This document shows positions 24,726-35,996 of a stretch of DNA of 60,028 bases, in pieces. Source of the stretch: Chitinophaga pinensis (GTDB lineage: Bacteria; Bacteroidota; Bacteroidia; 2-12-FULL-35-15); NCBI GenBank assembly GCA_945865315.1, contig CAMBDK010000004.1:1-60028 (forward strand). The letters are read 5' to 3'. The notes beneath the pieces were generated by a model. It did not search any database and had not been told where the DNA came from. It saw nothing but the letters and a program-made list of their open reading frames with translations. A program made the translations under genes and the position numbers. Numbering within the stretch: the first letter of the stretch is position 1; every line of letters starts with the position of its first letter.

Positions 24726-25808
24726 ATGAAAGTAATAATTCTTGGTGAAAACAATAGCGTCCATATCCAAAAATGGATTCAAGCAATTGCTAGTTTTGCA
24801 GAGTTACAGTTGCATGTAATTTCATTCGATAGAGGTGTAAAATATGAAGGAGTAACATACCATCCTTTAAGCGTTATTTCGGGAACAAAAGTCGATTATT
24901 TGTTAAATATATTTAAAGTAAAATCGTATATAAAAAAAATTAAACCTCATTTGGTTCATGCTCATTATGCTACTAGTTATGGCTTTTTAGCTCGTTTTTC
25001 AGGATTTCACCCCTTCATAATTACTGGATGGGGTGCCGATATTTTTGATAGTCCGAAAAACTATTTTATGAAAAAATTATTAGTAAATACTTTTAAGAAC
25101 GCCGACGCTATCTCCGTTCTTTCTGAAATTACCCGCGTTGAAATTAAAAAACTAAGCAATAAATATGTTCATTTAATCCCTTTTGGGGTCGATATTAATA
25201 AATTCGGCGTAAAAAAAACAGATAATAATGGTATTGTAAAAATTGGAACAATTCGAACTCTTTCTGAAAAATATGGCGTGGAATATTTAATAAGGGCCTT
25301 TGCTCTCGTATGTAATAGTCATCAAAATATAAAATTAGAAATAGTAGGTGATGGTCCACTGCGTTCATTTTTAGAAAATTTAACGGTTGAACTTGGTATT
25401 GAAAATAAAGTTGTTTTTCATGGTTTTGTTAATCAAAACTCATCTTTTGAAAAGTACATTGAAATTCTTCAAAGCTTTGATATATTTGCAATATTATCTA
25501 TTTTAGATTCCGAAACTTTTGGTGTTGCTGCTGTTGAAGCCTCGGCATGTGGAATTCCAGTTGTTGCTACTAATGTTGGTGGCCTGCCAGAAGTAATAGA
25601 TTCGGAAAAATCTGGTATTATCGTTCCTCCAAAAAATGTCAAGGCTACAGCAATAGCCTTCGAACGATTAATAAGTAATGAAAATTTACGTATTAATATG
25701 GGAAAAAATGGTAGGCTTAAAGTCGAAAATAATTATAATTGGTCAACTAATATAAATCAGATGTTAAATTTGTATTCAGAGACTATTAAAAATAAAAAAA
25801 ATAATTAA
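24726..25808 (+). CDS. GT4 family glycosyltransferase
   Basis: VHAHYATSYG and ETFGVAAVEASACGIPVVATNVGGLPEVI motifs. Confidence 0.92.
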   Translation: MKVIILGENNSVHIQKWIQAIASFAELQLHVISFDRGVKYEGVTYHPLSVISGTKVDYLLNIFKVKSYIKKIKPHLVHAHYATSYGFLARFSGFHPFIITGWGADIFDSPKNYFMKKLLVNTFKNADAISVLSEITRVEIKKLSNKYVHLIPFGVDINKFGVKKTDNNGIVKIGTIRTLSEKYGVEYLIRAFALVCNSHQNIKLEIVGDGPLRSFLENLTVELGIENKVVFHGFVNQNSSFEKYIEILQSFDIFAILSILDSETFGVAAVEASACGIPVVATNVGGLPEVIDSEKSGIIVPPKNVKATAIAFERLISNENLRINMGKNGRLKVENNYNWSTNINQMLNLYSETIKNKKNN

Positions 25809-25872
25809 TTTAAAATTTATTTATTACTATCCTGTGTAACATATTTGAGATCTTTTCTAAAATTGAAATTAC

Positions 25873-26883
25873 GTGAAATCAGTTGCTATTGTAATACCAT
25901 GCAGAAACGAAGAGAATTACATCGCGCGATGTATAGATTCTATACTTCTGCAAAGTTATCCTAAAGATAAATTATCGATTTATATTTGTGATGGAATTAG
26001 TACTGATTTAACTATTGCTATTATAAAGCGTTATGGGGCTATTTACGATAATATTCATCTTATTATTAATGAAAAGAAAACTACTCCTTATGCTTTAAAT
26101 CTTGGAATAAATAATTCTGATACAGATATTGTTATTATTCTTGGAGCCCATTCCGAAATTCATGCCGACTATGTATCCAAATGTGTGGAATCTTTTTCTT
26201 TTGATAATAATATAGGCTGCACTGGAGGACTAATTGAAAACGTTTATGAAAGTGAAACTGCTGCAGTAATAGGGATGGCGATGTCTTCTAGTTTTGGCGT
26301 TGGCAACGCTCATTTTAGAACAGGGAAGAAAGACGGTTTTGTTGATACCGTTGCTTTTGGTGCTTATAAAAGAGAAGTATTCAATAAAATAGGATTGTTT
26401 GACGAAGAACTTATCCGTAATCAAGATGATGAGTTTAACTTCAGATTGTTAAAGGCTGGATTTAAAATTTATTTATGGCGTGAAATTCGGTCTAAATATT
26501 ATGTGAGGGCATCCTTCAAAAAGTTATTTCAGCAATACTATCAATATGGTTATTGGAAGGTTTATGTAGCTAAAAAACATAAAGCGATTACTACTTTTCG
26601 ACAAGTAGTTCCGTTGTTTTTTGTTTTGTTCTTAATTACAGGCCTTGTATCTTCGGTGTTTTGTTCTTTGTTTTTTGTTTTTTATTTATTTGGTTTTCTA
26701 TTTTATTTATTTGCTAGTTTATATAGCGCAGTAAAACTTACTGGTAAATCAAATCAATTAATTAAGGTTATGTTCTCGTTTTTTATCTTGCATTTTTCTT
26801 ATGGCTGTGGATATTTAAAAGGTCTTTTCGATTTTTTTGTATTGAATAATAGTATTAAAAAAGAAGAAAATTTATCAAGGTGA
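25873..26883 (+). CDS. GT2 family glycosyltransferase (ExoA-like)
   Basis: IVIPCRNEE, DGISTD, GAH, RNQDDEFNFR and QYYQYGYWK motifs. Confidence 0.9.
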   Translation: MKSVAIVIPCRNEENYIARCIDSILLQSYPKDKLSIYICDGISTDLTIAIIKRYGAIYDNIHLIINEKKTTPYALNLGINNSDTDIVIILGAHSEIHADYVSKCVESFSFDNNIGCTGGLIENVYESETAAVIGMAMSSSFGVGNAHFRTGKKDGFVDTVAFGAYKREVFNKIGLFDEELIRNQDDEFNFRLLKAGFKIYLWREIRSKYYVRASFKKLFQQYYQYGYWKVYVAKKHKAITTFRQVVPLFFVLFLITGLVSSVFCSLFFVFYLFGFLFYLFASLYSAVKLTGKSNQLIKVMFSFFILHFSYGCGYLKGLFDFFVLNNSIKKEENLSR

Positions 26884-28124
26884 TGACAAAACGTGAATTT
26901 CATTCTTCGGCACATTTTATCCTGGCTATTTTAATAGCCTTTACACTTCCGTTCGCTAAGTTAACTGCAGGTTTTATTGCTTTAATGCTTTTAAACTGGC
27001 TTTTAGAAATGGATTTTAGGAATAAATTTAAGGCAATAGGCTCCAATAAATTAACAATGTGTTTCATTGCTTTTTTTATAATGCATCTTTTAGGATTAAT
27101 TTATACTGAAAATATTAATTCTGGTTTATTTGATATTCAAGTTAAACTATCACTTTTGTTTTTCCCAATTATATTAACCAGTCGCCCTTTCGATAATAAA
27201 AAGGTTAATTATATTTTTCTTGCTTTGTTAATCGGCTCAATTATTTCTTCCCTATTATTGTTTATTATTGCTACTTATACCTATTTAACATTATCGCTAA
27301 ATCATTTTTTTTATCAGGAGTTTTCTATACTTATTCATCCCAGCTATTTATCCATGTATATTAATTTGTGTATTGCTTGGTTGCTGCTTAAGTTATTAAA
27401 TATCGATACCAAATCTTTTAGTATAAAAAACAAAATATCGTTAGTTATTATAGCTTTTCTTTCCTTTACAAATATTCTTTTGTCGTCGAAAATGGGGTTG
27501 GTATCGATGTTATTAATTTATATTTTTTATTTATGGTATTATATCATTTTAAAAAGAAAATATTTTTTATCATTTTTAGCGTTTTTAATTTTGTTAGGCA
27601 TTATTTTTTCTGCTATCAAGCTCTTTCCAGAAATGGCTCGCCGTCTTAGCCGCTCTGTGGAAGCTTTCTCTCATCCCACCCTTAATCAATCTGAAAATGA
27701 AAGTACGGCAGTTCGTTTTCTTATATGGAGCGCGGCAAATAAAGTTATTTCTGAAAATGTTTTATTTGGTGCCGGCACTGGTGATGCTAAAGATGCATTA
27801 ATAAAGGAATATGAAAAGAGGGGTATGAAAGGTGCTCTTGAGCATAAATTAAACGCTCATAATGAATTCTACCAAGTGTTTATTAGTATTGGTATTATTG
27901 GTTTTATTATATTTGTAATTACTTTGCTGGCCCCGCTATCGCTTGCATTTAAAATTAACAATTTCATTTATATAATATTTTTATTTATTATCGTATTTAA
28001 TTTTTTGCCAGAATCAATGTTAGAAACACAAGCTGGTGTTATGTTTTATTCTTTTTTTAATTCTCTTTTATGTTTTAGTTGTTACAATCCTAAATTGTCT
28101 TTTCAAAACCAGAAACCATTATGA
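26880..28124 (+). CDS. O-antigen ligase family (Wzy_C/WaaL-like) protein
   Basis: IHPSYLSMY, STAVRFLIW, FGAGTGD and LNAHNEFYQ motifs. Confidence 0.85.
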   Translation: MMTKREFHSSAHFILAILIAFTLPFAKLTAGFIALMLLNWLLEMDFRNKFKAIGSNKLTMCFIAFFIMHLLGLIYTENINSGLFDIQVKLSLLFFPIILTSRPFDNKKVNYIFLALLIGSIISSLLLFIIATYTYLTLSLNHFFYQEFSILIHPSYLSMYINLCIAWLLLKLLNIDTKSFSIKNKISLVIIAFLSFTNILLSSKMGLVSMLLIYIFYLWYYIILKRKYFLSFLAFLILLGIIFSAIKLFPEMARRLSRSVEAFSHPTLNQSENESTAVRFLIWSAANKVISENVLFGAGTGDAKDALIKEYEKRGMKGALEHKLNAHNEFYQVFISIGIIGFIIFVITLLAPLSLAFKINNFIYIIFLFIIVFNFLPESMLETQAGVMFYSFFNSLLCFSCYNPKLSFQNQKPL

Positions 28125-29329
28125 TACCATTTTCACCACCACGCATTGATCAAAAAATAATTGATGAAGTAACTAAAGTGCTCCAATCAGGATGGATTAC
28201 CACTGGTCCTCGTACAAAATATTTTGAAAAAGAATTGACAAAATATTGTGGTAACCAAGCCACATTATGCTTAAATAGTGCTACAGCAGGTCTGGAAATA
28301 ATGCTACGATGGTTTGGTGTTAAAGAGGGTGACGAAGTTATTTTGCCAGCCTATACCTATTGCGCAACTGCAAACGTAGTAATACATTGTGGTGCTACTC
28401 CTGTTTTTGTAGATGTTAATCCCCACGATTTTAATATTTCTATCGCTAATATAGAAAAAGCGATAAACTCTAATACAAAGGTTATAATGCCTGTGGATTT
28501 TGGTGGACAATGTTGCGACTACGATCAGTTGAACGCTTTGGTTATTAAATATAAAAATATATTTTTGGCAAATACACTCGAACAAAAAACATTAAATCGT
28601 ATATTAGTTTTGTCCGATTCTGCGCATTCTTTTGGTGCTTGGTATAATGGTAAAAGGGCTGGCTCTCTAACGGATGTTTCTGTATTTTCTTTTCACGCTG
28701 TAAAAAATCTTACAACTGCCGAAGGTGGTGCTGTGGCATTAAATTTACCTGAACCTTTTGATAATGAAAATGTTTATAAATCTTTATGTGTAAAAACGCT
28801 TCATGGGCAAGATAAAGACGCCTTGGCAAAAACAATTAAAGGTAATTGGCGTTATGACATTGTGGAGGCTGGTTATAAATGTAACATGACTGATATAATG
28901 GCCGCTATTGGTTTAATAGAGTTAGAGCGTTATGATAAGGATACATTAAAAGTTCGGCAGAATATATTTGAGCAGTATGATACTGCTTTTTCTCAATACA
29001 GTTGGGCACAATTACCAGAACATAAAACATTAATTAAAACTTCTTCTTATCATCTTTATGCATTGAGAATTAAAAATATTACGGAAGCTCAAAGAGATGC
29101 TATCATGAAAGAAATATTTGATTTTGACGTTTCTGTAAATGTTCATTTCATTCCTGTCCCTATGATGAGTTTTTATAAAAATATGGGCTATGACATTAAT
29201 AATTATCCAATAACTTTTGATAATTATTCTCGGGAAATTTCTTTACCCGTTTTTTTTGATTTGAATGATGACTTGATAAAAACAGTTGTCAATGCAGTAA
29301 CTGCATCAGTTAAAAAAGTGCTTGGTTAA
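28121..29329 (+). CDS. DegT/DnrJ/EryC1/StrS sugar aminotransferase
   Basis: SGWITTGP, NSATAGL, DSAHSFGA and FSFHAVKNLTTAEGG motifs. Confidence 0.95.
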   Translation: MIPFSPPRIDQKIIDEVTKVLQSGWITTGPRTKYFEKELTKYCGNQATLCLNSATAGLEIMLRWFGVKEGDEVILPAYTYCATANVVIHCGATPVFVDVNPHDFNISIANIEKAINSNTKVIMPVDFGGQCCDYDQLNALVIKYKNIFLANTLEQKTLNRILVLSDSAHSFGAWYNGKRAGSLTDVSVFSFHAVKNLTTAEGGAVALNLPEPFDNENVYKSLCVKTLHGQDKDALAKTIKGNWRYDIVEAGYKCNMTDIMAAIGLIELERYDKDTLKVRQNIFEQYDTAFSQYSWAQLPEHKTLIKTSSYHLYALRIKNITEAQRDAIMKEIFDFDVSVNVHFIPVPMMSFYKNMGYDINNYPITFDNYSREISLPVFFDLNDDLIKTVVNAVTASVKKVLG

Positions 29330-29339
29330 TTTGTACCGC

Positions 29340-29370
29340 AAAGGGGCAGAGTATTGTCTGTCCTTTTTTT
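29340..29370 (+). terminator. Possible intrinsic terminator
   Basis: AAGGGGCAGA-GTATTG-TCTGTCCTTT followed by a T run. Confidence 0.5.
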
Positions 29371-29444
29371 ATTAAAATTATTTTTATTTTACACGGCAAT
29401 TCGCTTGTTGTCTTTGCGGTAAAAAAAATATTTATTTCGCTTTT

Positions 29445-30032
29445 ATGAAACGCTCGTTCGATATATTTTTTTCTTTTATTGGTATCTTAATTTTTATTCC
29501 ATTCTTTATTATTATAGGAGTATTAATTATAATTGATTCTAAAGGTGGCGTTTTTTATAGGCAATCCAGGGTAGGAAAAAACAATAAAGATTTTTTTTTA
29601 TTTAAGTTTCGTTCCATGCAAAATACTTCTGATAAAAAAGGATTACTAACAATTGGTTTGAGAGATAATAGGATAACTAGAATAGGTTATTTTATTCGTA
29701 AATATAAAATTGATGAACTACCGCAATTAATTAATGTATTGGTTGGTGATATGAGTTTAGTTGGTCCAAGGCCTGAAGTACGCAAATATGTAGATTTTTA
29801 TAATCAAAACCAGCTATTGGTTTTATCTGTGAAACCTGGTATTACAGATTATGCCAGTATTGAATTTAGTAATGAAAATGAATTGCTAGGTAAATCAGCT
29901 AATCCTGAACAAATTTATATTAACGAAATAATGCCGGCGAAATTAAAATTGAATCTTAAATATATTGCTGAACAAGGCTTAATTACTGATTTAAAAATTA
30001 TTTTTAATACTATCTTAAAAATAATTAAATAG
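29445..30032 (+). CDS. Bacterial sugar transferase (initiating phosphoglycosyltransferase)
   Basis: KRSFDI, KFRSM and KIDELPQLINVLVGDMSLVGPRPE motifs. Confidence 0.95.
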   Translation: MKRSFDIFFSFIGILIFIPFFIIIGVLIIIDSKGGVFYRQSRVGKNNKDFFLFKFRSMQNTSDKKGLLTIGLRDNRITRIGYFIRKYKIDELPQLINVLVGDMSLVGPRPEVRKYVDFYNQNQLLVLSVKPGITDYASIEFSNENELLGKSANPEQIYINEIMPAKLKLNLKYIAEQGLITDLKIIFNTILKIIK

Positions 30033-30055
30033 TTGTAAATATTAAAGTTGAATTT

Positions 30056-30286
30056 TTATTTTTTACTAAATTTTATTATTTCAAGATATAATTCCTCTAC
30101 CTTTTTACGTGCCCATGGTGTTTTTCTAAGAAATGTTAAACTCGATTTAATACTAGGATTATCAGTAAAGCATTTTATTTTAATATGATATCCTAAATTG
30201 TCCCATCCATAAAAAGCTACCAAATGAGTGATAATATTTTCTAGCGTTTTCCCATGTAAAGGATTATTTGATTGCACTTCTTTCAT
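30056..30286 (-). CDS. VF530/DUF2132 family protein
   Basis: [10 protein letters not shown]...[22 protein letters not shown]. Confidence 0.9.
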   Translation of the reverse strand: MKEVQSNNPLHGKTLENIITHLVAFYGWDNLGYHIKIKCFTDNPSIKSSLTFLRKTPWARKKVEELYLEIIKFSKK

Positions 30287-30306
30287 AATAAAATTATCAA
30301 AAATAA

Positions 30307-31638
30307 TTATCTCCTTCTTTTACTATTATCTTTCCTTGTTGATTTACCTTTTTTAGGATCTTTAACGCTCGGTCCTCCTAAATTTATTTTTTTATTTTTT
30401 GTTTTTTTCTCATGAAAAGCACCCTCTCCCTTAGGTATTTTTATTGCTGCTATCCGCTTTATGTTTTTATCTGCTATTGCTGGTTTTTCGTCTTCTGTAA
30501 ATATATTTGAAACTTTCACTTGCGAAGGGAAAAGTAATATAGGGATCTCTAATTGCATTAGCTTTTCTATCTCTAACTGATAAGATTCTTCTACCTTGTT
30601 GAAAAATGATATGGCGGTACCTGCTTTATTTGCTCTTCCAGTCCTTCCTATGCGATGGATATAATCTTCTGGGATATTGGATATATCAAAATTGATAATG
30701 TGAGAAACATCTGAAATGTCTAAACCCCGCGCAATTATATCCGTTGCTATTAATACGCGGCTTTCGCCTTCATGAAATTTTTTAAGATTATTAATTCTAT
30801 TGTTTTGTGATAAACCCGAGTGTATTATTCCTACTTGATCCAATAATTTTTTCTTTAAAAGTTCATACAAATTATCTGCAAGTTTTTTGTTCTCCACAAA
30901 AACTAATACTTTATTTAATTCAACATCATCTAATAAATGTTCTAATAAATTTACTTTTGTATAAAAATTTTGAACATAATATCCTTTCTGAATTATTTTA
31001 TTAAGTGGTGTTCCATGGGCAGCAATTTCTATATTAAATGGGTCATTGAAATATTTTGCAATAAGTTTTCCTACTTCTTCAGAAATTGTTGCCGAAAACA
31101 TGAGGTTTTGCCTTTTGATGGGAAGTGTTTCTAAAAAACTAATTAATTGCTGGCGAAAACCAAGGCTCAACATCTGATCCACTTCATCAATAACTAATTT
31201 TTGAATGTTTTTCAATCTTAAAATTCCTGTATGCACCAAATCAACTAACCGGCCTGGTGTTGCTACTAAAATGTCAAGACCATTATAAACTAATTGTTTT
31301 TGGGTATTAATATTTGTCCCGCCATATACTCCTTGATAACGAATATTCATATAAGTGCTTAGTTTTGCAATTTCGCCAACTATTTGCAATACTAGCTCTC
31401 TTGTAGGCACTACTATTAATATGCTTGGATGTTTTTGTTCCGTATATTTTAATTGCCTTAGTAATGGTAATAAGTATCCAAATGTTTTGCCCGTACCTGT
31501 TTGGGCTATTGCTACTAAATCCTTCCCCGACATTATTACAGAAAAAGCTTTTTTCTGGATGGGGGTTGGATATACATAGCCCAAGTCGTCTAAGGCGCTT
31601 AATAGCGATTTGTTTAAATTTAGTTCGTCGAAAGTCAC
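30307..31638 (-). CDS. DEAD-box RNA helicase
   Basis: [25 protein letters not shown] and HRIGRTGR motifs. Confidence 0.95.
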   Translation of the reverse strand: MTFDELNLNKSLLSALDDLGYVYPTPIQKKAFSVIMSGKDLVAIAQTGTGKTFGYLLPLLRQLKYTEQKHPSILIVVPTRELVLQIVGEIAKLSTYMNIRYQGVYGGTNINTQKQLVYNGLDILVATPGRLVDLVHTGILRLKNIQKLVIDEVDQMLSLGFRQQLISFLETLPIKRQNLMFSATISEEVGKLIAKYFNDPFNIEIAAHGTPLNKIIQKGYYVQNFYTKVNLLEHLLDDVELNKVLVFVENKKLADNLYELLKKKLLDQVGIIHSGLSQNNRINNLKKFHEGESRVLIATDIIARGLDISDVSHIINFDISNIPEDYIHRIGRTGRANKAGTAISFFNKVEESYQLEIEKLMQLEIPILLFPSQVKVSNIFTEDEKPAIADKNIKRIAAIKIPKGEGAFHEKKTKNKKINLGGPSVKDPKKGKSTRKDNSKRRR

Positions 31639-32025
31639 AATAATGGTTTTAGTTATTTACAAAGTTAATTGAATGCTTATTAATAACTAATTAAAAATTT
31701 TTTTTCAATAAAGTGTTTTTTTTCATGCGCATTAAGATTGTTACTCAATATTACATTTTTTTCTTTGTTAAATTCAATATTTTTTTGTCTGTAAATAATA
31801 ATCTTCGCTTCTGAAAATTGACACCGATTAATTATAAAACTTAAAGTTTGTAAATTAATTCGAAAACTTCTTTTCAATATTCAGGTATTTAAATTGTGTA
31901 ATATAAAGTATATATCCTAAATATTTTAAATGTTAATAATAATTGCAATAAGAAAATAGTGGTTTTATAATTTCTCAATCAAATTTTTCGTTTACTTTTA
32001 TAAATTCATAAAATTATATAATTCA

Positions 32026-34971
32026 ATGTCTGAAAAAAAAAAACTTTTCTTGTTAGATGGTTTCGCACTTATTTACAGAGCATATTTTGCTTTCAGTAAT
32101 AACCATCTCATTAATTTAAAAGGTGTTAATACTTCTGCTGTATTAGGTTTTACCAATACATTAATGGAAGTCCTGAAAAAAGAAAAACCTTCACACATTG
32201 CTGTTGTGTTTGATACTCCAGAGAAAACTGTAAGGCATATCGAATTTTCCGAATATAAAGCCAATCGCGAAGCAATGCCGGAGGATCTTTCGGCATCTAT
32301 TCCTTACATAGTTAAATTAATTGAAGGTTTTAATATTCCATTATTGTATTCAAACGGCTATGAAGCGGATGATGTTATTGGCACCCTTGCAAAAAAAGCA
32401 GAACAATTAGGTTTTACAACATACATGATGACGCCTGATAAAGATTTCGGGCAATTGGTTTCGGATAATATCTTTATTTACAAACCCGCTCGTTTAGGTA
32501 ATGGTGTCGAAATAATGGGTGTTAATGAAGTATGTAAAAAATGGGATATCAAAAATGTAAACCAATTAATTGATATTTTAGGTTTGATGGGTGATAAGGT
32601 TGATAATATTTCTGGTATCCCTGGTGTCGGCGAAAAAACAGCAATTCAGCTTGTTAAGGATTTTGGTACCATAGAAAATTTAGTTGTAAATACCGAAAAG
32701 TTAAAAGGTAAATTAAAAGAAAAAGTTGAACAAAATGTTGATAAGGCCATGCAATCAAAATGGCTTGCTACAATAATATGCGATGTACCCATCGATTTTA
32801 ATGAAGAGGAGCTTAGGCATAAAGAGCCCAATAAAGAAATGCTGAAAGAACTTTTTACTGAACTTGAATTTCGAAGGTTGGCAGAGCAAATGGGAATAGG
32901 TAATTCTACTCCTAATGAGTTGCAAAAAAAGACGGAAGTAGTTTCCGAACTGAGTTTACCATTGCTCAAAAAACAATCCACTAAAAATAATGCAAATCCT
33001 GACCAAATAAATTTGTTCTTTCAGGCAGACCATGAAATAATAAATAAAAAAAATACAATAGCTCTTCATTCAAATATGGAGGAAGACCAAAATACCATTG
33101 TTGTTAATGATCTAGAAGTGCTTAATAGCGAGCATCCATTAATTGAGATCAAAACTAATAACATAGATAGTTTACATCATAATTATCTTTTGATAGATAC
33201 AAAGGAGAAAAGAAACGCACTTATTATAGAATTAAATTTGCATCCCGAATTTTGTTTTGATACTGAAACAACAGGCTTAGATGTAAATAAAGCTGAATTG
33301 GTTGGTATATCTTTCGCTATCAAACCATCGGAAGCATATTATATTCCTATACCAGAAAATTACGATGAGGCGCAAAAAATTGTAAACGAATTTAAAGGTT
33401 TATTTGAAAATATAAATATTGGGAAAATTGGTCAGAATATAAAATTTGATTTATCAATTTTAAAACGTTACGGGGTTGAATTAAATGGAAAATTATTTGA
33501 TACAATGCTCGCTCATTTTCTTATTCAACCCGAAATGCGCCATAATATGAACTTCCTGGCCGAAACATATTTAAATTATTCACCCGTAACCATCGATAAA
33601 TTAATAGGTAAAAAGGGTAAGGATCAACTTAATATGAGAGATGTATCTATTGAACAAATTAAAGAATATGCTGCCGAAGATGCGGATATAACATTGCAAC
33701 TTAAAAATGTTTTTGTCCCTATGCTTGATCAGGCGCAGGCAAAAAAATTATTTGATGAAATTGAAATCCCTCTCATACCAGTTTTAGCGGCTATGGAAGC
33801 CGAAGGTATTACACTAGATAAAAATGCTTTAAAAGAATTGTCAGGGGAATTAACAAAGGATATTTTGTTGATAGAAGCCGAAATTCAACAGCTTGGCGGA
33901 AGGGCGTTCAATGTTTCTTCACCAAAGCAAGTCGGACAAATATTATTTGATGTATTAGAAATTACGGAAAAACCTAAAAAAACAAAAACCGGACAGTATG
34001 CCACTGGGGAAGAGGTATTGGTAAAACTCCTTGATAAACATGAAATAGTTTCGAAAATATTGGATTATCGAGAATTAATGAAATTAAAAAATACTTACGT
34101 AGATACTTTACCTGAATTAGTAAATCCCAAAAATGGAAGAATACATACTTCCTATAACCAGGTAGTAGCGGTAACTGGTAGGTTGAGCTCCGACAATCCC
34201 AATTTACAAAATATTCCCATTCGTACCGAAAGGGGAAGAGAAATAAGAAAAGCTTTTATTGCGCGTAACGAAAATTACATTTTACTTTCTGCCGATTATT
34301 CACAAATTGAATTGCGCATTATTGCTGAATTAAGTGAGGATGCTGGTATGATTGAAGCCTTTCTTTCTGGTCAGGATATCCATAAAGCTACGGCTGCAAA
34401 AGTTTATAATGTTAGTTTAGAAGATGTTACAGCCGACATGCGCAGGAATGCAAAAATGGTGAACTTCGGTATCATTTATGGTATCTCAGCTTTCGGACTT
34501 TCGGAACGATTAAATATTCCACGCAAAGAAGCAGCGGCAATTATCGAAAATTATTTTATTAAATATCCAGGAATAAAAGCATACATGGATAAAACTATTG
34601 AAAATGCTAAGGAAAAAGCTTATGTAGAAACAATCATGGGACGTAGAAGATATTTGCGGGATATTAATTCTGGTAATAATAATGTTCGGGGTTTTGCCGA
34701 ACGTAATGCTATTAATGCCCCCATACAAGGTAGCGCTGCCGATATGATAAAAATTGCAATGATTAATATTCATAATGATTTTAAATTACAAAATTTACAA
34801 TCAAAAATGCTTTTGCAAGTCCACGATGAATTAGTTTTTGATGTCAAAATAGAGGAGTTAGAAATAGTGAAATCAATTGTTGAATCTCGAATGAAAAATG
34901 CCATCCCTTCTTTAAAGGTACCTATGGAAGTGGGCATTGGAATTGGGAAAAATTGGTTGGAAGCGCATTAG
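32026..34971 (+). CDS. polA: DNA polymerase I
   Basis: 5'-3' exonuclease (YEADDVIG), 3'-5' exonuclease (FDTETTG) and polymerase (DYSQIELR, NFGIIYG, QVHDEL) motifs. Confidence 0.98.
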   Translation: MSEKKKLFLLDGFALIYRAYFAFSNNHLINLKGVNTSAVLGFTNTLMEVLKKEKPSHIAVVFDTPEKTVRHIEFSEYKANREAMPEDLSASIPYIVKLIEGFNIPLLYSNGYEADDVIGTLAKKAEQLGFTTYMMTPDKDFGQLVSDNIFIYKPARLGNGVEIMGVNEVCKKWDIKNVNQLIDILGLMGDKVDNISGIPGVGEKTAIQLVKDFGTIENLVVNTEKLKGKLKEKVEQNVDKAMQSKWLATIICDVPIDFNEEELRHKEPNKEMLKELFTELEFRRLAEQMGIGNSTPNELQKKTEVVSELSLPLLKKQSTKNNANPDQINLFFQADHEIINKKNTIALHSNMEEDQNTIVVNDLEVLNSEHPLIEIKTNNIDSLHHNYLLIDTKEKRNALIIELNLHPEFCFDTETTGLDVNKAELVGISFAIKPSEAYYIPIPENYDEAQKIVNEFKGLFENINIGKIGQNIKFDLSILKRYGVELNGKLFDTMLAHFLIQPEMRHNMNFLAETYLNYSPVTIDKLIGKKGKDQLNMRDVSIEQIKEYAAEDADITLQLKNVFVPMLDQAQAKKLFDEIEIPLIPVLAAMEAEGITLDKNALKELSGELTKDILLIEAEIQQLGGRAFNVSSPKQVGQILFDVLEITEKPKKTKTGQYATGEEVLVKLLDKHEIVSKILDYRELMKLKNTYVDTLPELVNPKNGRIHTSYNQVVAVTGRLSSDNPNLQNIPIRTERGREIRKAFIARNENYILLSADYSQIELRIIAELSEDAGMIEAFLSGQDIHKATAAKVYNVSLEDVTADMRRNAKMVNFGIIYGISAFGLSERLNIPRKEAAAIIENYFIKYPGIKAYMDKTIENAKEKAYVETIMGRRRYLRDINSGNNNVRGFAERNAINAPIQGSAADMIKIAMINIHNDFKLQNLQSKMLLQVHDELVFDVKIEELEIVKSIVESRMKNAIPSLKVPMEVGIGIGKNWLEAH

Positions 34972-35034
34972 GCTTTAATTGTAAATATTACATTTTTTAA
35001 AATTCATTAGTCTGATTTTTATGTTTAAATTTTA

Positions 35035-35688
35035 TTAGCCCGGCATGCGTGCCAATTGTTTATCCATAATTTTTATCTGTTTTACCAATTCTTCCGACTT
35101 TGGCTTTAAGGCTTTTGCCTTCCTGAAATAATCCTTGGCTATTTTATTTTGAGTGCGTTGTATTTCTAAGGAGCATAATTGTAGGTATGCTGCAGCCAAT
35201 GATTCCTTATCAGAAATCCCTGTTTTTACTGCTTCAACTAATGTTAAACGAGCTTCTTTATGACTGCCCTTCTTCAACTGTATAAAACCTAATTGTAATA
35301 AATTATCCCCTTTTATATTCCCAACAATCGATGATTTTGTGTTTAAACTCTTACGGATATTGCTTTCTGCATCGGTTAAGTTATCCTTTGCCATTGCAAG
35401 ATTACTTTGTAACATATAATATCCCGAGCGTACTGGTTTAAATAATAGTCGAGGGAATTTTATTTTGTTAATATAAATAGCAGCTTTTTCTACATCTCCT
35501 TCCACCACAGCCTCCTGAACAATCCTCATGGTCCCTACCATAAAATAAAGTAACAATGAAAAGGCTGCCAATACATAACAAATCCAAGCAACAATAACAT
35601 CATAATACAGGTGAGATAAAATTCCTAAACAAAATAAAAATATAATGATAGGTAAGCGATATAAAATGTAAAAACGTAAAAATTTCAT
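35035..35688 (-). CDS. Membrane-anchored TPR-like protein
   Basis: Two N-terminal TM segments followed by helical TPR-like repeats; ATG 35688. Confidence 0.6.
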   Translation of the reverse strand: MKFLRFYILYRLPIIIFLFCLGILSHLYYDVIVAWICYVLAAFSLLLYFMVGTMRIVQEAVVEGDVEKAAIYINKIKFPRLLFKPVRSGYYMLQSNLAMAKDNLTDAESNIRKSLNTKSSIVGNIKGDNLLQLGFIQLKKGSHKEARLTLVEAVKTGISDKESLAAAYLQLCSLEIQRTQNKIAKDYFRKAKALKPKSEELVKQIKIMDKQLARMPG

Positions 35689-35939
35689 CGTAAATATATT
35701 TAGGTTAACATATAATTTATTAATAAAACAACCATTTATTATTTTTAATTCCAAAACTGATCTGTTTGTATTCCTTTGAAACAGCTATTAGCATTTGTAA
35801 TTAAATATCTGAAAATGATAATTTATTAATATTTTAAAAAATCTGCTTTTGTTTTTTAAAAAAGCAAAATTAATGCAAAAATATTAGAATTAGTGTTTTT
35901 TATTGCTTAAAAATATTCTTGCTTATTTTGGGGCATGAT

Positions 35940-35996
35940 GAAGCAATTTCAGCCGATTAAAGGAACTTGCTTCGTTCGCGAAAAGCTCACTCGCAA
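35940..35996. repeat. Degenerate REP-like palindrome, same family as 10790-10869
   Basis: GAAGCAA...TTGCTTCG...CTCGCAA. Confidence 0.4.

Noticed and set aside
29334-29421. TACCGCAAAG/CTTTGCGGTA inverted repeat as an antiterminator
   Set aside because: The partner arm lies downstream of the terminator T run, so it cannot pre-empt it; more likely a REP-like remnant.
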